Shown in pieces: positions 34,101 to 47,130 of a DNA stretch of 64,000 nucleotides; within the stretch, counting starts at the first letter, position 1; each line of letters starts with the position of its first letter. The stretch covers positions 496,001 through 560,000 of the forward strand of contig NW_027590189.1 in the NCBI RefSeq assembly GCF_964213995.1, in the 5' to 3' direction. The notes below the pieces were generated by a model. The model was not told the DNA's origin and did no database searches. It was given only the letters and a program-made list of their open reading frames with translations. This DNA is from Mustelus asterias. Lineage: Eukaryota. The position numbers were made by a program, and so were the translations under genes.

Positions 34101-35534
34101 CCATTCTCACTCTGCTGTATCTAATATTCACCCTCCCAATTCTCCTGAAGAGGCTGATTGACAGATCCATGCTCACTGCTTCATGTCCTGGACACAGAGA
34201 CCATAACAAATAGGAGCTGCAGTCGGCCACTTGGCCCATCGAGCCTTTTAAACTATTCAATGAGATAATTCGTTCATCTACCTCAGCATCATTCTCCCCG
34301 CACTAAACCCATATCTCTTGATATCTTCAATATCTAGAAACCAATCAATCTCTCTCTTGAAAATAGTTGATGACTGAGGCTTCACTGTCCTCAGGGGTTG
34401 AGAATTCCAAAGCTTTACCACATCCTTGAGTGAAGAAATCCCCTCACATATTAGCTTTTGCTCCATCTTCTTGTCTGTTCCCCATAACCCTTGACACCCT
34501 TGTCGGTCAAAGATCTGTCTAACTGGAATATATTCAATGATCCTCAGCCTCCAATGGTCCTTGGGGAAGAGAAATCCAAAAGACCAACAACCCTCTGAGG
34601 GCAGAGACGTCTGGAAATATATAACGTAGCTACCGTTCCATATTACAAGATATTCAGAACGGTTGAGATTTTTGCCTGTGATTCCTCGTTCAAAATCCTG
34701 TGAAATGAGTTTGCAAAAGTCATCACAGTCAGTATAGGATAGAAATTCAGAGCAGACAATTCTAGTTTCTCTGGAACATTCTTTCCTACTTCATTCCCAA
34801 AAAGTTGTAAATCTCCATCCATATCTATGGATTCTATTTAAAAATGAAAGTGGATGGGCACTTGAAGGAAATAAACTTTCAGGAGAATGGGGATATAGAG
34901 TGGGAATGGGACTGGAATGTTATACAGAGAGTCAGCATGGACTCGAGTTACCGAATGGATTCCTTCTGTGCTGTAATGACTTTATGACTGGAAATGTATA
35001 ACATTGCTACAGGATTATATTACAATGCAAGAAATAATAATAAATGTATTTTATTACAGAAACATAAATAATATATCTAATCTGGGTACCATATAATAAC
35101 ACTGGACATATCTCTGTCCTATATTAATTTACTGTCCCCTTAAATGTCAGCCATCTCCTGCCCTTTAATTGTGAACATTTGGAAAGAGACCATCCTTTTA
35201 GACAGAAAGAAGATTAACGTTTCAGGGTGGGCAGAATGAATTACAGGGAATAAAAATGTATCAGATTTTGTTGGTCAATATAAGCTCAGAAGTGGAAGGG
35301 AAATGATCTCCAGTGGAAGAGAAACAATTCCTGAACATTGTAAGACTAAGCTGGTAAATCAGCAGTGAATAGAGTTGTGAAGTGGTAAAAACCTCATCAA
35401 GACATAGCTTGCAGAAATAATAGTTAAAATACACCCATTATTAGAGGCAGAGGAAGGTCGACAATGGCAGAGAGCTGATCAGGGAGGGCAGAGGTGAAAC
35501 AGAGAAATGGATCGCCGTTTAAAAATTCATAAAA

Positions 35535-36780
35535 AGCATGGTTAGCAAGTTTGCAGACGATACTAAATTAGGAGGTATCGCTGATAGTGAAGACGGTTAT
35601 CAAAAATTACAGGGGGATCTTGATCAGTTGATCAGTTGGGGAAGTGGGCCGCTGATTGGCAAATGGATTTCAGTACAGATAATACAGAGTGCAGAGGCAC
35701 AACCTCAGGCTAAAGGGACAATCCTTTAAAACAGAGATAAGGAGGAATTTCTTCAGCCAGAGAGTGGTGAATTTGTGGAACTCTTTGCAGCAGAAGGCTG
35801 TGAAGGCCAGGTCATTGACTGTCTTTAAGACAGAGGTAGATAGGTTCTTGATTAATAAGGGGATCTGGGGTTATGGGAAAAAGGCAGGAGAATGGGGATG
35901 AGAAAAACATCAACCATGATTGAATGGCGGAGCAGACTTGATGGGACAAGTGGCCTAATTCAACTCCTATGTCTTATGGTCTTGAGTGTGACTGTTGCAT
36001 TTTGGAAAGTCAAACCAGGGTAGGACTTATACAATGAATGGTAAGGCCCTGGGGAGTGTTGAGGAACAGAGGAACCTCGGAGAAGTACATAGTTTGTTGA
36101 AAGTGATGTCACAGGTAGACAGAGTGGTGAAGAAGGCGTTTAGCACACTGGCCTTCATCAGTCAGGGCACTGAGTATTGGAGTTGGGACATTATGTTATA
36201 GTTGTATAAGTCATTGGGAGGCTGCACTTGGAGTATTGTGTACAGTTTTTGTCACCCTGTTATCGGAAAAACATTGATAAACTGGAAAGCGTGTAAAGAA
36301 GATTTATGAGGATGTTGCCGGGACTAATGGGCCTGAGTGATTGCGTGAGGTTGGACAGGCTAGGGCTTTATTCCTTCAAACGTAGGAGAATGTGGGGTGA
36401 CTATATTGAGGTGTATTAAATAATGAGGGGCATAGATAGGATGAACCTACATTGCCTTTTTGCCAGGGTAGGGGAATTGAAAACTAGAGGGCATAGGTTT
36501 AAGGTGAGAGGGGAAAGATTAAAAGGGACCTGAGGGGCAACTTCTTCATGCAAAGAGTGGTGGGTACATGGAATGAGCTGCCAGAGAAAGTGGTTGAGGC
36601 AGGTTCAAACAGCAGGTTTAAACATTTAAAAAGCATTTGGAGAAGTACATGAATTGGAAAGGATTAGAGGGATATGAGCCAAACACGGGCAATTGGGACT
36701 AGCTGGGAGGGCACCATGGGTGGCATGGATCAGTTGGGCCCAAGGGCCTGTTTCCGTGCTATATTGTTCTATGACTCTAT
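35535..36780 (+). mobile_element. Two nested, decayed CR1 fragments
   Basis: MVSKFADDTKLGG, RRNFFSQRVVNLWNSL, HFGKSNQGR...; two CR1 tails (~35980 and ~36780). Confidence 0.85.
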
Positions 36781-37598
36781 GTGCTGGCAGTGTCAGCATC
36801 TATTCCCATAACTCATTGTCCTTGAACTGAGTGGCTTGCATTGCTGGGGGATGTGGTCATTTCCTTCTTTAAAGGACATTATTAAATCGGATGGATTTTT
36901 ACGACAATTATCATCAATGGACTTCTAATTCTAGATTTTTACTGAATTCAAATTTCAACATTTGCCGTTGTGGGATTCGAACCCAGGGTCTACAATGCAT
37001 TGCCCTGGATCCCTGTATTACTAATACAATAACACTATCACTGCACCATTGCCTCCCCATCCATGGTAAAGGAGACATAATAGCCCGAGATCCATGGAAT
37101 CAGAGCATGCTCTAAATTTAAATTAATGCTCACTCACACTCACCTCAAAACCATTTCACTGTTTTCACATTTTAAAATCTGCTGCAGCTGAAAAGATCTC
37201 AGAGAGATTGGTGTCCGGGAAAAATGTTGCAATCTTCAAATCTTGTCCCTGTAAATGAGGAAAGTTATAGGTGTAATTCAAGGTTAGAAATTCAAGACAG
37301 ACAAACATTTCTTTTGGTCTGAGTTTGCTGTGAGTAAATCCTCCCCTTCCAACCTCCTATAAAAGGAGTTTCCAAAATCCATCAGCATCTGTCCAGAACA
37401 GAAATTCAAAACATTCTCTCCTCCTACCTGGCACAGAATTACTTTAGCTGGGACAAAATTGCAGTGGAGGCAGTTCAGGGAAGATCCAGTTGGTTGATTC
37501 CTGAAATGAGGAGTTTTGTCTTTGAGGATGAGCAGCTTGGGCCTGTACTCTTTGGAGTTTAAAAGACTGAGAAGTTATTGAAACATCTGGGAATTTAA

Positions 37599-37897
37599 GG
37601 GCGGCACGGTGGTTGGCCCTGCTGCCTCACAGTGCCAGGGTCCCAGGTTCAATTCCAGCCTTGGGTCACTGCCTGTGTGGAGTTTGCACATTTTCTCTCC
37701 ATGTCTGTGTGGGTTTCGTCCAGGTGCTCCGGTTTCCTCCCACAGTCCAAAGATGTGCGGGTTACGTGGATTGGCTATGCTAAATTGACCCTAGTGTCAA
37801 ATGCATGGGGTTGTGGGGATGGGGCCTGGGTGGGATTGTGGTCAGTATGCTCAATGGGCCAAATGGACTCTTTCTGCACTGTAGGGTTTCTATGATT
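37599..37897 (+). mobile_element. HE1-type SINE
   Basis: gggcggcacggtgg head, V-domain, tail tttctatga. Confidence 0.85.
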
Positions 37898-38224
37898 CAT
37901 ATGATATAAAGTGCTTGACAAGGTAGATGCTGAGAGGATGTTTCCTCTGGTGTGGAAATCAAGTAAAAATAAAGGATCCCAAATTTAAGATGAAGAGAGA
38001 ACTTTTCTCTCAGCGGGTTGTTGATCTTTGGAACTCTGTCTTCATCAGTGAGGATTGGAGGCAGGTCATTGAATATATTCAAAGCTGAGGTTTTGATCCA
38101 CAAGAAAGTCAAGGGTATGGACGGGGCGGGGGAGCAAAGTAGACATGATCTTATTGAATGATGCAGCAGGCTCGATGGGCCGAATGACGGGCTCCTGTTC
38201 CGAATTCTTATTCCGATGTTCTTG

Positions 38225-38620
38225 GATAGCTGCGCATGCGCCCTGCTCCCTATTGTCCCGCTGAAGATCGAGGTTCTGAACCAGCCCCTGAAACCACGCC
38301 CATTGTGACCCGTTAGACAGCAGCGCATGCGCTCTCCGGCTCCACTGAAACAAGGTGGCGGCCGATAACCGGGGCCTATTTCCGGGATAAAAGCCTGGGA
38401 GCTGCAAACCCGGGACCTCCACGGTCTTATTCGGGCCGTGCGACCTACAGCGGATGTTTGTGAAGCCATAGCTCCCTCCCTACCCCGACTCCCGGCTCCA
38501 TTTCTCCCGCAGCCCGACCGACTCACCCGTTGAAAAAAGACGCTCCCGCACTCGCAGGACTCCGAGCAAAGTGACACTGCTCACGCTCCAGATATAACAC
38601 TGCGCCTGCGCAATAGGCTC
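38225..38620 (-). promoter_or_regulatory. CpG promoter and probable non-coding first exon of ZNF-A
   Basis: NRF1-type gcgcatgcgc motifs (38232, 38323), CpG-rich, minus-strand donor gtgagtcgg at 38526-38518. Confidence 0.6.
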
Positions 38621-39534
38621 CTGTGGAATGAATAGGACACTTTCCCACCCGCAGGGGCACCTGGGAATTAATGGCGTCATTATCAAAGACAATAATAGAA
38701 AATTATCTTGTGCAATTAAGATCAATTAATTTTTTTAAATGCATTTCTCGGAATTTGCGCGCTGCCATTCTCTATTTCTAAAATTGATTTCAACCAGTGG
38801 TCTCCTGTGGGAATACCCCTACTTTTTAAAACTTTTCTCTCTGCTCTCCTGAAGATACTCATACTCGTTGGGTAAATCCCAGAGAGACTGGTTTCTTTCA
38901 CTTTCTTTCTCCTGATGCTGAATATTCTGTTTTATGGAATGATACATCACAGATGGGAACAATTTGGCCCATCCTGCCCAACCTCTTTAAGATCTATCCA
39001 ATTAATTCCACAGCTCTGCTGGCAGAGTCAGAACAATATATATTTTCTGCAGCACTGCAGCAGGTGAATGGAAAAGGTTTTCCAGTTGTATATTTCTCAG
39101 ACACACTCACCTCTGGAAAGATCAATTGGCCTGTGTACTAGGCATATATTAACGTTCCACTTAAAATTAAAACAGAAAATTTAAAAAGCAGTTACCAGGG
39201 CCGGATTTATTGTCAAACTGATGATGCCGTTAGAAAAGAGCCAGCTATCCAAGAAGTCACTCAAAGTATTGAATCAAACAAAATTGATCACCTGTTTTCT
39301 AACATGGTGCTGTGATTTTATGTGATGGTTTCAATGTTCTCACAATTACCTGGTGTGGTCTGGGTTTATTTTATACTCATTCCCATCACTGTCCATGAAA
39401 CACATTACATGCACTCTGATTCTCCATCCCATCAGAGACAATTCAATCACTGACCGGAAATTAGGGTTTTTAACAACAGCTCTGACAACCGAGAATGCAC
39501 CGTGAGGCAAAATTAACCCTAGCTGACAAATTCC

Positions 39535-40080
39535 ACACGGGCTCCGAAGACTGCCCTTTCTGCGGCCTTGTGGAGTCCGTGGACCATGTCTATGTTGTGT
39601 GTCTTAGGCTGCACTCCCTTTATGTTTTCCTAAAGAACCTTTTGTTGATGTTTTGTTTGCACTTCAGTCCCACGCTCCTGATCTACGGACACCCGGTGCG
39701 GAGAGGGGAGGGTCGGGATGGCGACCTCCTCGTGAACCTGCTCCTGGGCCTGGCGAAACGCACCATTTACCGGTCCAGGCTGCGGGCGCTCGAGGGGGCC
39801 GTCCATCCTGACTGTCTTCCCCTCTACCGCGGCTACGTTCGCGGCCAGGTGTCCCTGGAGAGGGAGCATGCGGTGTCCACGGGCGAGCCCGCTGGGCACC
39901 GCAGGGGTTGGGGTGCATTATTGACCCTAATAATCACATTTTAATTTGATGTTTTTAAGTTTCCTTTGTACTTTGATTTCTGTTCGGGCTGTTCCCCCTC
40001 CTTTTTGGGGAGCTGCCCCTTTTACTTTGTCCTGATTTAATCGGAGTTTGTTTGCTTGGTTTGGTTTGACCTAAAAAGAG
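39535..40080 (+). mobile_element. Tx1/L1-clade LINE 3' end
   Basis: CPFCGLVESVDHVYVVC zinc knuckle and LVNLLLGLAK...IY motif typical of Tx1 ORF2 C-terminus; T-rich 3' UTR. Confidence 0.8.
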
Positions 40081-40092
40081 GACAAATTCCAG

Positions 40093-40472
40093 ACAGTGAA
40101 CATTATCTCCCAGACCCAAGTATAAAACAGTAAACATTATCCCCCCAAGATCCGAATATAAAACAGTGAACATTATTCCCCCAGACCCGAATATAAAAGA
40201 GTGAACATTATCCCCCCCAGACCCGAATATAAAACAGTGAACATTATCCCCCAGACCTGAATATAAAACAGTGAATATTATCCCCCCCAGACTCGAATAT
40301 AAAACAGTGAATATTATCCCCCAGACCTGAATATAAAAGTGAACATTATCCCCCAGACCTGAATATAAAACAGTGAACATTATCCCCAGACCCGAATATA
40401 AAATAGTGAACATTATCCCCCAGATCCGAATATCAAATCGTGAGCATTATCCCCCCTACACTTGAATACAAA
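40093..40472. repeat. Minisatellite, ~34-nt unit x11
   Basis: Unit ACAGTGAACATTATCCCCCAGACCCGAATATAAA with variable C-run. Confidence 0.95.
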
Positions 40473-41029
40473 ATTGTCCTGATGGATTCAGACAGCATTA
40501 TCACAATATTCCAAATGTGTTTTTTCCAGGAAAAGATTCAGCGGCTGCATCACTGGAGGCCAGAGATACTCTCCTCAAACTCGGCTCATGTGAGGAATCC
40601 CTCCAATGAGGCTCAGGAATGCTACAACCAGAGTCACGTGACCACCAAGTGTGTAACTGAACAAACTACCGCAACGTTGAAGATGTGTTTCAGTGTGAAA
40701 TGATTTGCTTCACCTGTTGCTTCAGATTTGAGAGGAAATGTCCCTTTCTGGGGTAATTTGACCTTGACCCAGGCACTTTTCAGATCTGAAAGTGATGGCC
40801 TTTAGCACAATCTCAAGGCTGCACAGTACAGAATGAACACTAATCTGTTTCATTCTGCGACTATGCAGTGGTTACATGAGTGATACCTTCCACTAATTAG
40901 CTGCTAGCATCAGTCCAAAAAGGCATTCAGCCTCCCACACTAGTAAGCAAGGCTGGGTATGAATATCTTTCACAACACCAGGTTAAAGTCCAACAGGTTT
41001 ATTTGACAGCAAAAGCCACTAGCTTTTGA

Positions 41030-41732
41030 CGAAAGCTCGGACCAATAGGAAGAGGGGGCGGGGCTGGAGGACCGAGCAACTGGTCCTCCGACCAATCAGA
41101 GTAAATGACGGGCACCCCTCAGCCTGGAGCTCCCTCTGTCTGCGCGTGCGCTCGGCCGCACACTGTCAAGATGGCGATCGTTCACCCCGGCCTGAATCAG
41201 GGAAAAAGCCCGAGCAGCTGTCAACGGTTCAAATACCGAATCCGAGCTTCCCATTGGGGACTTGCGGCCAAACGGGACTTTTATGAAGCCTCCAAGTCCG
41301 CCCACCCACCGGCTCCATCACTCATTCCTGATTTACCCGGTGTTATCGCCCGGAATGAATATTTCCACAACCGCCTCAACCGCGCATGCTCCAGATCACC
41401 ACAGTGCAACTCGCCCTCAGCCCCGCCCCTCATTCACTCCGATTGGTTGGACGACCAGCTGCTCTCGCTCGGTCCTCCAGCCCCGCCCCTCATTCACTCT
41501 GATTGGTTGGCGGACCAGCCACTCTCGCTCGGTCCTCCAGCCCTGCCCCTCATTCACTCAAGTTGGAGGACGAGCCGCTCTCCCTGGTCCTCCAGCCCCG
41601 CCCCCTCATTCACTCCGGTTGGAGGACGAGCTGCTCTCGCTTGGTCCTCCAGCCCCGCCCCTTATTCACTCCGATTGGTTGGAGGACTAGCCGCTCTCCC
41701 TGGTCCTCCGGCCCCTCCCCCTCATTCACTCT
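41030..41732. promoter_or_regulatory. CpG promoter-like region with a tandem CCAAT/GC-box repeat (41414-41732, ~58 nt x5.5)
   Basis: Units cctccagccccgcccctcattcactccgattggttggaggac...; YY1-type aagatggcg at 41168; cgcatgctc. Confidence 0.7.
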
Positions 41733-41769
41733 GAATGTTTTGTCATCTCCCAAAACCATCTTTCCCAGA

Positions 41770-41975
41770 ACTCCATCTTTGAATTCTCCAATCAGGTTTC
41801 TGCCTTGCCACATTACTGAAACAGCCCTTGTCAAATCTCCACTGACATCCTATGAGACTGCGACCTATCTCATCCTCGACCTATTGGCAGCCTTTGACAT
41901 GGTCGCCCACATCATCCTGCTCCATCCCTCTCCACTGTCGTCCAGCTGGATGGGGCTGCTCTCTCCTGGTTCTAT
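41770..41975 (+). mobile_element. Decayed L2-type LINE RT fragment
   Basis: HITETALVK...LILDLLAAFDMVAHIILL resembles L2 RT HSTETAL...LDLSAAFDTVDH. Confidence 0.65.
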
Positions 41976-41977
41976 AT

Positions 41978-42262
41978 GGGTGGCACGGTGGCGAGCACTG
42001 CTGCCACAAGCGCCAGGGTACGATTCTCAGCTTGGGTCACTGTCTGTGCAGAGTCTGCACATTCTCCCCTTGTCAGCATGGGTTTCCTCCGGATGTTCCG
42101 GTTTCCTCCACAGTCCAAAAGATGTGCTGGTTAGCATTGAGAATGCGAAATTCCTCCTCAGTGTACCCGAACAGGCGCAGGAATGTGTCGACGAGGGGAT
42201 TTTCATAGTAACTTCATTGCAGGGCCGCAAGTCACTAATAAATAAACATTAAACTTTAAAAC
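41978..42262 (+). mobile_element. V-SINE with alternative tail
   Basis: Same architecture as 20010-20303. Confidence 0.8.
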
Positions 42263-42786
42263 TATTCTTCTGTTTTTAATCAGAGTCAGAGAATCACTTG
42301 TAATATCTTCCCTTCCCATTCCCACACTTACCTCTGGTGTCTCCAGAGCTCCAGCCTTAGCCTCTTATTTCTCATCAACATATTCCCATCAGTGACATCA
42401 TCTGAAAACAGTGTCAGTTCTCACATTTACTCTGTTAAAGAGACAATATAAATGTAGAGTGTTGTTATTGTCTGATAATGATAGATCAGGAATATCACAA
42501 ACATTTTAAATGTTCATTCCACATTTCCATTTATTCTCAAAGTCTCAGTCAGGAACAGATCCCAATTTAACACCAATCTCTGACTTCACATCACATTTCC
42601 AATATTCACCATTGTTCTTCCTGACTCTAAACCCAGTTGTAAAGGAGTTTCTGTTCTCCCTCCAGGACCACTGAATCATGGAAGAGCATGGCTGGGACAC
42701 ATTCCTTACACACCTCAGGTTACACAGCCACATGTTCAGTCCTGGATGTCTCTAAAAGCAGCAATGACAAACTCCAAATTCTACAA

Positions 42787-43458
42787 TCATTTGTGAACTC
42801 GCTGGTGTCTCAGAAGGTCGGATAACTGAATGAATCCCTTCCCACACTCAGAGCAGGTGAATGGCCTCTCTCCAGTATGAACTCGTTGGTGTCTCTGAAG
42901 AGTAGATGACTGAGCAAAGCTGTTCCGACACACAGAACAGGTGAATGGCCTCTCCCCAGTGTGAACTCGTTGGTGTACCAGAAGGTCGGACAACTGACTG
43001 AATCCCTTCCCACACTCAGAGCAGGTAAATGGCCTCTCCCCAGTGTGAACTCGCTGATGTCTCAGAAGTTGGGATGACTGAATGAATCCTTTACCACACA
43101 CAGAGCAGAGGAATGGTCTCTCCCCAGTGTGAACTTGCTGATGTGTCAGAAGGTGGGATGACCGATTGAATCTCTTCCCACACACAGAGCAGAGGAACGG
43201 CCTCTTCCCAGTGTGAACAAGCTGATGTGCTACCAGATGCTTCTTGCTTTTAAACGTCTTCTCACAATCAGAGCATTTAAAAGGTCTATGATCACTGTGT
43301 ACAAGTTGATGGTCAGTGAGGTGGGATGAATGAGTGAATCGCTTCCCACAGACAGAGCAGGTGAATGGTGGCTCATCAGTGTGACAATGATAACGTTTTC
43401 TCAGCTTTGGGTAATTGAAGCCCTTCCCACAGTCCCCACATTTCCACAGTTTCTCCAT
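42787..43458 (-). CDS. C2H2 zinc-finger protein, 7 intact fingers plus 1 degenerate (ZNF-B)
   Basis: ATG 43458 MEKLWKC...; TGERPF-linked fingers. Confidence 0.88.
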   Translation of the reverse strand: MEKLWKCGDCGKGFNYPKLRKRYHCHTDEPPFTCSVCGKRFTHSSHLTDHQLVHSDHRPFKCSDCEKTFKSKKHLVAHQLVHTGKRPFLCSVCGKRFNRSSHLLTHQQVHTGERPFLCSVCGKGFIQSSQLLRHQRVHTGERPFTCSECGKGFSQLSDLLVHQRVHTGERPFTCSVCRNSFAQSSTLQRHQRVHTGERPFTCSECGKGFIQLSDLLRHQRVHK

Positions 43459-43999
43459 GATGCCAGTGTCCTTGTGACTCTCCAGATTGGACAATCAGTT
43501 GAAACCTTGTCCAAACTGTATAGTTTCTCCTTGCTGTGAATGCTGTGATGTTTTATCAGGCTGTATAACTGGTTAAAGCTCTTTCCACAGTCAGTTCACT
43601 GGAACACTCTCACTCAGTGCTTTTCCAGTCAATTGTTTCAAAACTTCCAGTTTGAAATCCTCAGACAGAACAAAGAAACATTTCTCATTCCACATTCAAA
43701 GGTCCACAATATTCAAGCGCTGATGAATCAAGTGAGTAGATGTTGGATGTCATGTTTGGTTTGATGTTCTTGTTTGGAATTCCTCCCTTTCTCATAGCCT
43801 GTAAAAGGAGTTTATAAAATTAATCCTCGGAAGTACAGGACAGAAATTCTGAATAGACAATTCTGATTCTGTGGAACATCTTTTCCTCACTTGTTCACTT
43901 ATGGGCTGAAGGATCTCTTTCTGTGCTGTGTGACTCTATAACAGCAAGTCCAGTTAGCCCCAAGACCTCAGTGCCTGCTCACCCACATTGATTCCCAGT

Positions 44000-44125
44000 C
44001 ACAACAAAAGCAGAAAATGCTGGAAACTCTCAGCAGGTCTAACAGCATCTGTGGACAGAGAATAGAGCCAACTTTTCGAGTCAGGATGACCCTTCGTCAG
44101 ATTTCAGCATCTGCAGTACTTTGCC
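44000..44125 (-). mobile_element. Penelope-derived short element with hammerhead core
   Basis: CUGACGA AGGGUCAUCCUGACUC GAAA AGUU GGCU at 44100-44066 with a 6-bp stem II; adjoining cagatgctgttagacctgctgag tail. Confidence 0.75.
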
Positions 44126-44439
44126 ATGATTTCCAGTCAAGCGGAATCTTGATTTTGAAATTATCATTCTTATTTTCAAATACCAGACGCATTGATAGCT
44201 GAAATCATTTCCCACAGACAGAACAGCTTCTTTACACATTCAAAGGTCAATGATCTTGATGAATCGACTGAATCTAGATGCAATGTTTTGAATTGTGAAT
44301 TCTCTCTTTTGCGTATCCTGTAAATGCATTACTGTCAGCCCAGGGTAGCAATCCACCATTTTCGGTTTTTATTTCAGATTTCTAGCACCCTCAGTATTTT
44401 GCTTTTAACATAGAAATGCATAAAGTTCTCTCCTGCGAC

Positions 44440-44780
44440 TGGTATTGCCCCCTATAAAGATGGCAGCGTCCTTACCGGAACATTGCCCCTTATAAAGATG
44501 GCGATCGGCGAGCCAGGCCCCACACCGAGAGAACTACCGAACAATCCTCTCGGTCCAAATGGGGGACCGTTAGATTTTTACTCGAACTTTGCGAGCTGAG
44601 TCCGGTGTTAATGAAATCTCTCCACCCACCGGCTCCGTTCCCCATCCACACTGGGTGTTTTATTTCACCCGTTGCAAAAGCCACACGAGCTCCTCACGCT
44701 TCCGTCAAGCTGCAGCACCTGCATTGCGCATGCTCCAATCACAGCCTGACAGTGCGCATGCGCAGCAGCTCCCGCAGTGA
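44440..44780 (-). promoter_or_regulatory. CpG promoter, probably of ZNF-B
   Basis: Two gcccc(c/t)tataaagatggc YY1-type motifs and NRF1-type tgcgcatgctc / tgcgcatgcgca. Confidence 0.6.
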
Positions 44781-44907
44781 ATGCTGGGCAATGGCTCTGC
44801 CATTGGATTGTCCCTTTGTGGACACAGATTGGAACAACAGGGACAAGACCATTCATCAGCAATTCACACACTGGTCATGTCTGCCATGTCCTTGGTTATT
44901 GGTTGCA

Positions 44908-45178
44908 TGTGGTCAGCACTGCTGCCTCACAGCGCCAGGGACCTGGGTTCAATTCCAGCCTCAGGTTACTGTGTGGAGTTTGCACATTCTCCCTGTGTCT
45001 GCGTGGGTTTCTTCCCACAGTTGAGAGATGTGCAGGTTAGGTGGATTGGCCATGGTAAATTGCCCCTTTTGTGTCAGGGCATGAGGTTATTGGGATAGGG
45101 CCTGGGTGGGATTGTTGTCGGTGCAGGCTTGATGGGCCGAATGGCCTCCTTCTGCACTGTCAGGATTCTATGATTCTG
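44908..45178 (+). mobile_element. HE1-type SINE
   Basis: Head, V-domain and ttctatga tail. Confidence 0.85.
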
Positions 45179-45444
45179 TGTGTCAAATTTAGTGCTCTGA
45201 ACATTGCATAATTAAAAAGTAAGCATGCAACCTATTTTGCCAACAGAAATCGAGTACAATGTTGGTAAATGTGAGGTCATCCATTTTGGTAGGAATAACA
45301 GCAAAATGGACTATTATTGAAATGGTAAAGAATTGCAGCATGCTGCTGTGCAGAGGAACCTGGATGTCCTTGTGCATGAATCACAAAAAGTTGCTTTGTC
45401 AGAGCCACAGGATGATAGTCATTAAGGCACGCTGCCTGGCTTTT

Positions 45445-47130
45445 CTTTGGCTACATTCACAACCTTTTGTAGTTCCTTGCGGTCTTGGGCAGAGCAGGAG
45501 TCATACCAAGCCGTGATACAACCAGAAAGAATGCTTTCTATGGTGCATCTGTAAAAGTTGGTGAGAGTCGTAGCTGACATGCCAAATTTCTTTAGTCTTC
45601 TGAGAAAGTAGAGGCATTGGTGGGCTTTCTTAACTATAATGTCAGCATGGGGGGACCAGGACAGGTTGTTGGTGATCTGGACACCTAAAAGCTTGAAGCT
45701 CTTGACCCTTTCTATTTCGTCCCCATTGATGTAGACAGGGCATGTTCTCCTTTACACTTCCTGAAGTCAACGACAATCTCTTTTGTTTTGTTGACATTGA
45801 GGTAGAGATTATTGTTGCCACACCAGTTCACCAGATTCTCTATCTCATTCCTGTACAGGTAGCAGGTAGGGACATTAGATTGTTGGAAAGAGAGGTTGAA
45901 GATGTCTGTGAATACCCTTGCCAGCTGGTCTGCGCAGGACCTGAGTGCTCATCCGGGTACCCTGTCTGGGCCAGTTGCTTTCCATGGGTTGACTTTTGAG
46001 AAGGCTGCTCTGATGTCTGCACTGGTGACCTTGGATACATGTTCATCGGAAGCTTCTGGGATGGGGGGCGTGCTCTCGCTGACCTCTTGCTCATAACGGG
46101 CATGGAATGTGTTGACTTCAGTGGGGAGGGGTGCATTGGAGCTGGTAATTTTGCCTGCGTTCAACTTGTAGCCTTTTATGTCTTGCAGACCATGCCATAG
46201 TCGGCAGGAGTCCATGTGGATAGCCTGGGACTCCAGCTTGGTCCGGTACTGTCTTTTGGCATCTTTGATGGATCATATCTGGTTATCTTATATAGATGAT
46301 GTGGAGATGCAGGCGTTGGACTGGAGTAGGCACGGTAAGGAGTCTCACAACACCAAGTTAAAGTGCAACAGGTTTATTTGGTAGCACAAGCTTTCGGAGT
46401 GTCACTCTTTCTTCATCTGAAGGAGTGACACTCCAAAAGCTTGTGCTACCAAATAAACCTGTTGCAATTTAACCTGCTGTTGTGAGACTTCTTACTGTCT
46501 TGTATAGGTCAGAGTCGCCTGACATGAACGCCTCAGATCTGGACTTCAGCAGACAGTGGCTCTCCCTGTTCATCCATGGTTTCCAGTTGGGAAACACGTG
46601 GATTTGCTTCTTTGGCACACAGTCTTCTACACGCTTACGAATGAGTCAGTTACTGTAGTGGTGCACTCATTCAGGCTGCTCGCAGTTTTAAATACTGTTC
46701 AGTCTATTGACTCTAAGCAGTCCAGTAGGAGATCATCCGATTCCTCAGACCAGCATTGCACCACTTTCTTTGACAGATTCTTCTATTTCAGTTTTTGCTT
46801 TTAAGCTGGGTGCAGGAGCACAGCCGTGATTTGCCAAGGTGTGGGCTGGCGATAGAGCGGTAGGTATGTTTGATATTTGTATAGCAGTGGTCTAGGATGT
46901 TTGGGCCTCTGATGGAACAGGAGATGTGTTGCTGGTATCTTAGTAGAACGCCCTTGAGCTTGGTCTGATTGAAGTTTCAGCTAAGATGAACAAGGCCTCA
47001 GGAGGTTTCGTCTCAAGACTATTTGTGGTCTTCACGTCTGCGTGGGGTGGGAAGTAAACTGCTGTCGGGCTAAGAGGTGAACTCCCATGGAAGGTAATAG
47101 GGGTGGCATTTTAGAATCAGGAATTCTAGG
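45445..47130 (-). mobile_element. Rex1/Babar-type LINE, decayed with internal deletion
   Basis: RLWHGLQDIKGYK, KVNPWKATGPDRVPG, KAHQCLYFLRRL; endonuclease-region remnants to ~47130. Confidence 0.85.
46296..46497. mobile_element. Penelope-derived fold-back element (161-bp palindrome 46335-46495) with 10-bp TSD
   Basis: Arms gtaaggagtctcacaac...ggagtgtcactc / gagtgacactcc...gttgtgagacttcttac; TSD tcttatatag (46286-46295) / tcttgtatag (46498-46507); same family as 5819-5991. Confidence 0.85.

Noticed and set aside
37897-38577. 226-aa ORF, and similar ORFs at 41105-42252 and 52321-53127
   Set aside because: They run through GC-rich promoters, repeats and introns with no recognisable domain
40093-40472. 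CRISPR-like periodic array and ORF 39955-40413
   Set aside because: Units are head-to-tail with no unique spacers, the context is vertebrate, and the ORF is just the translated minisatellite
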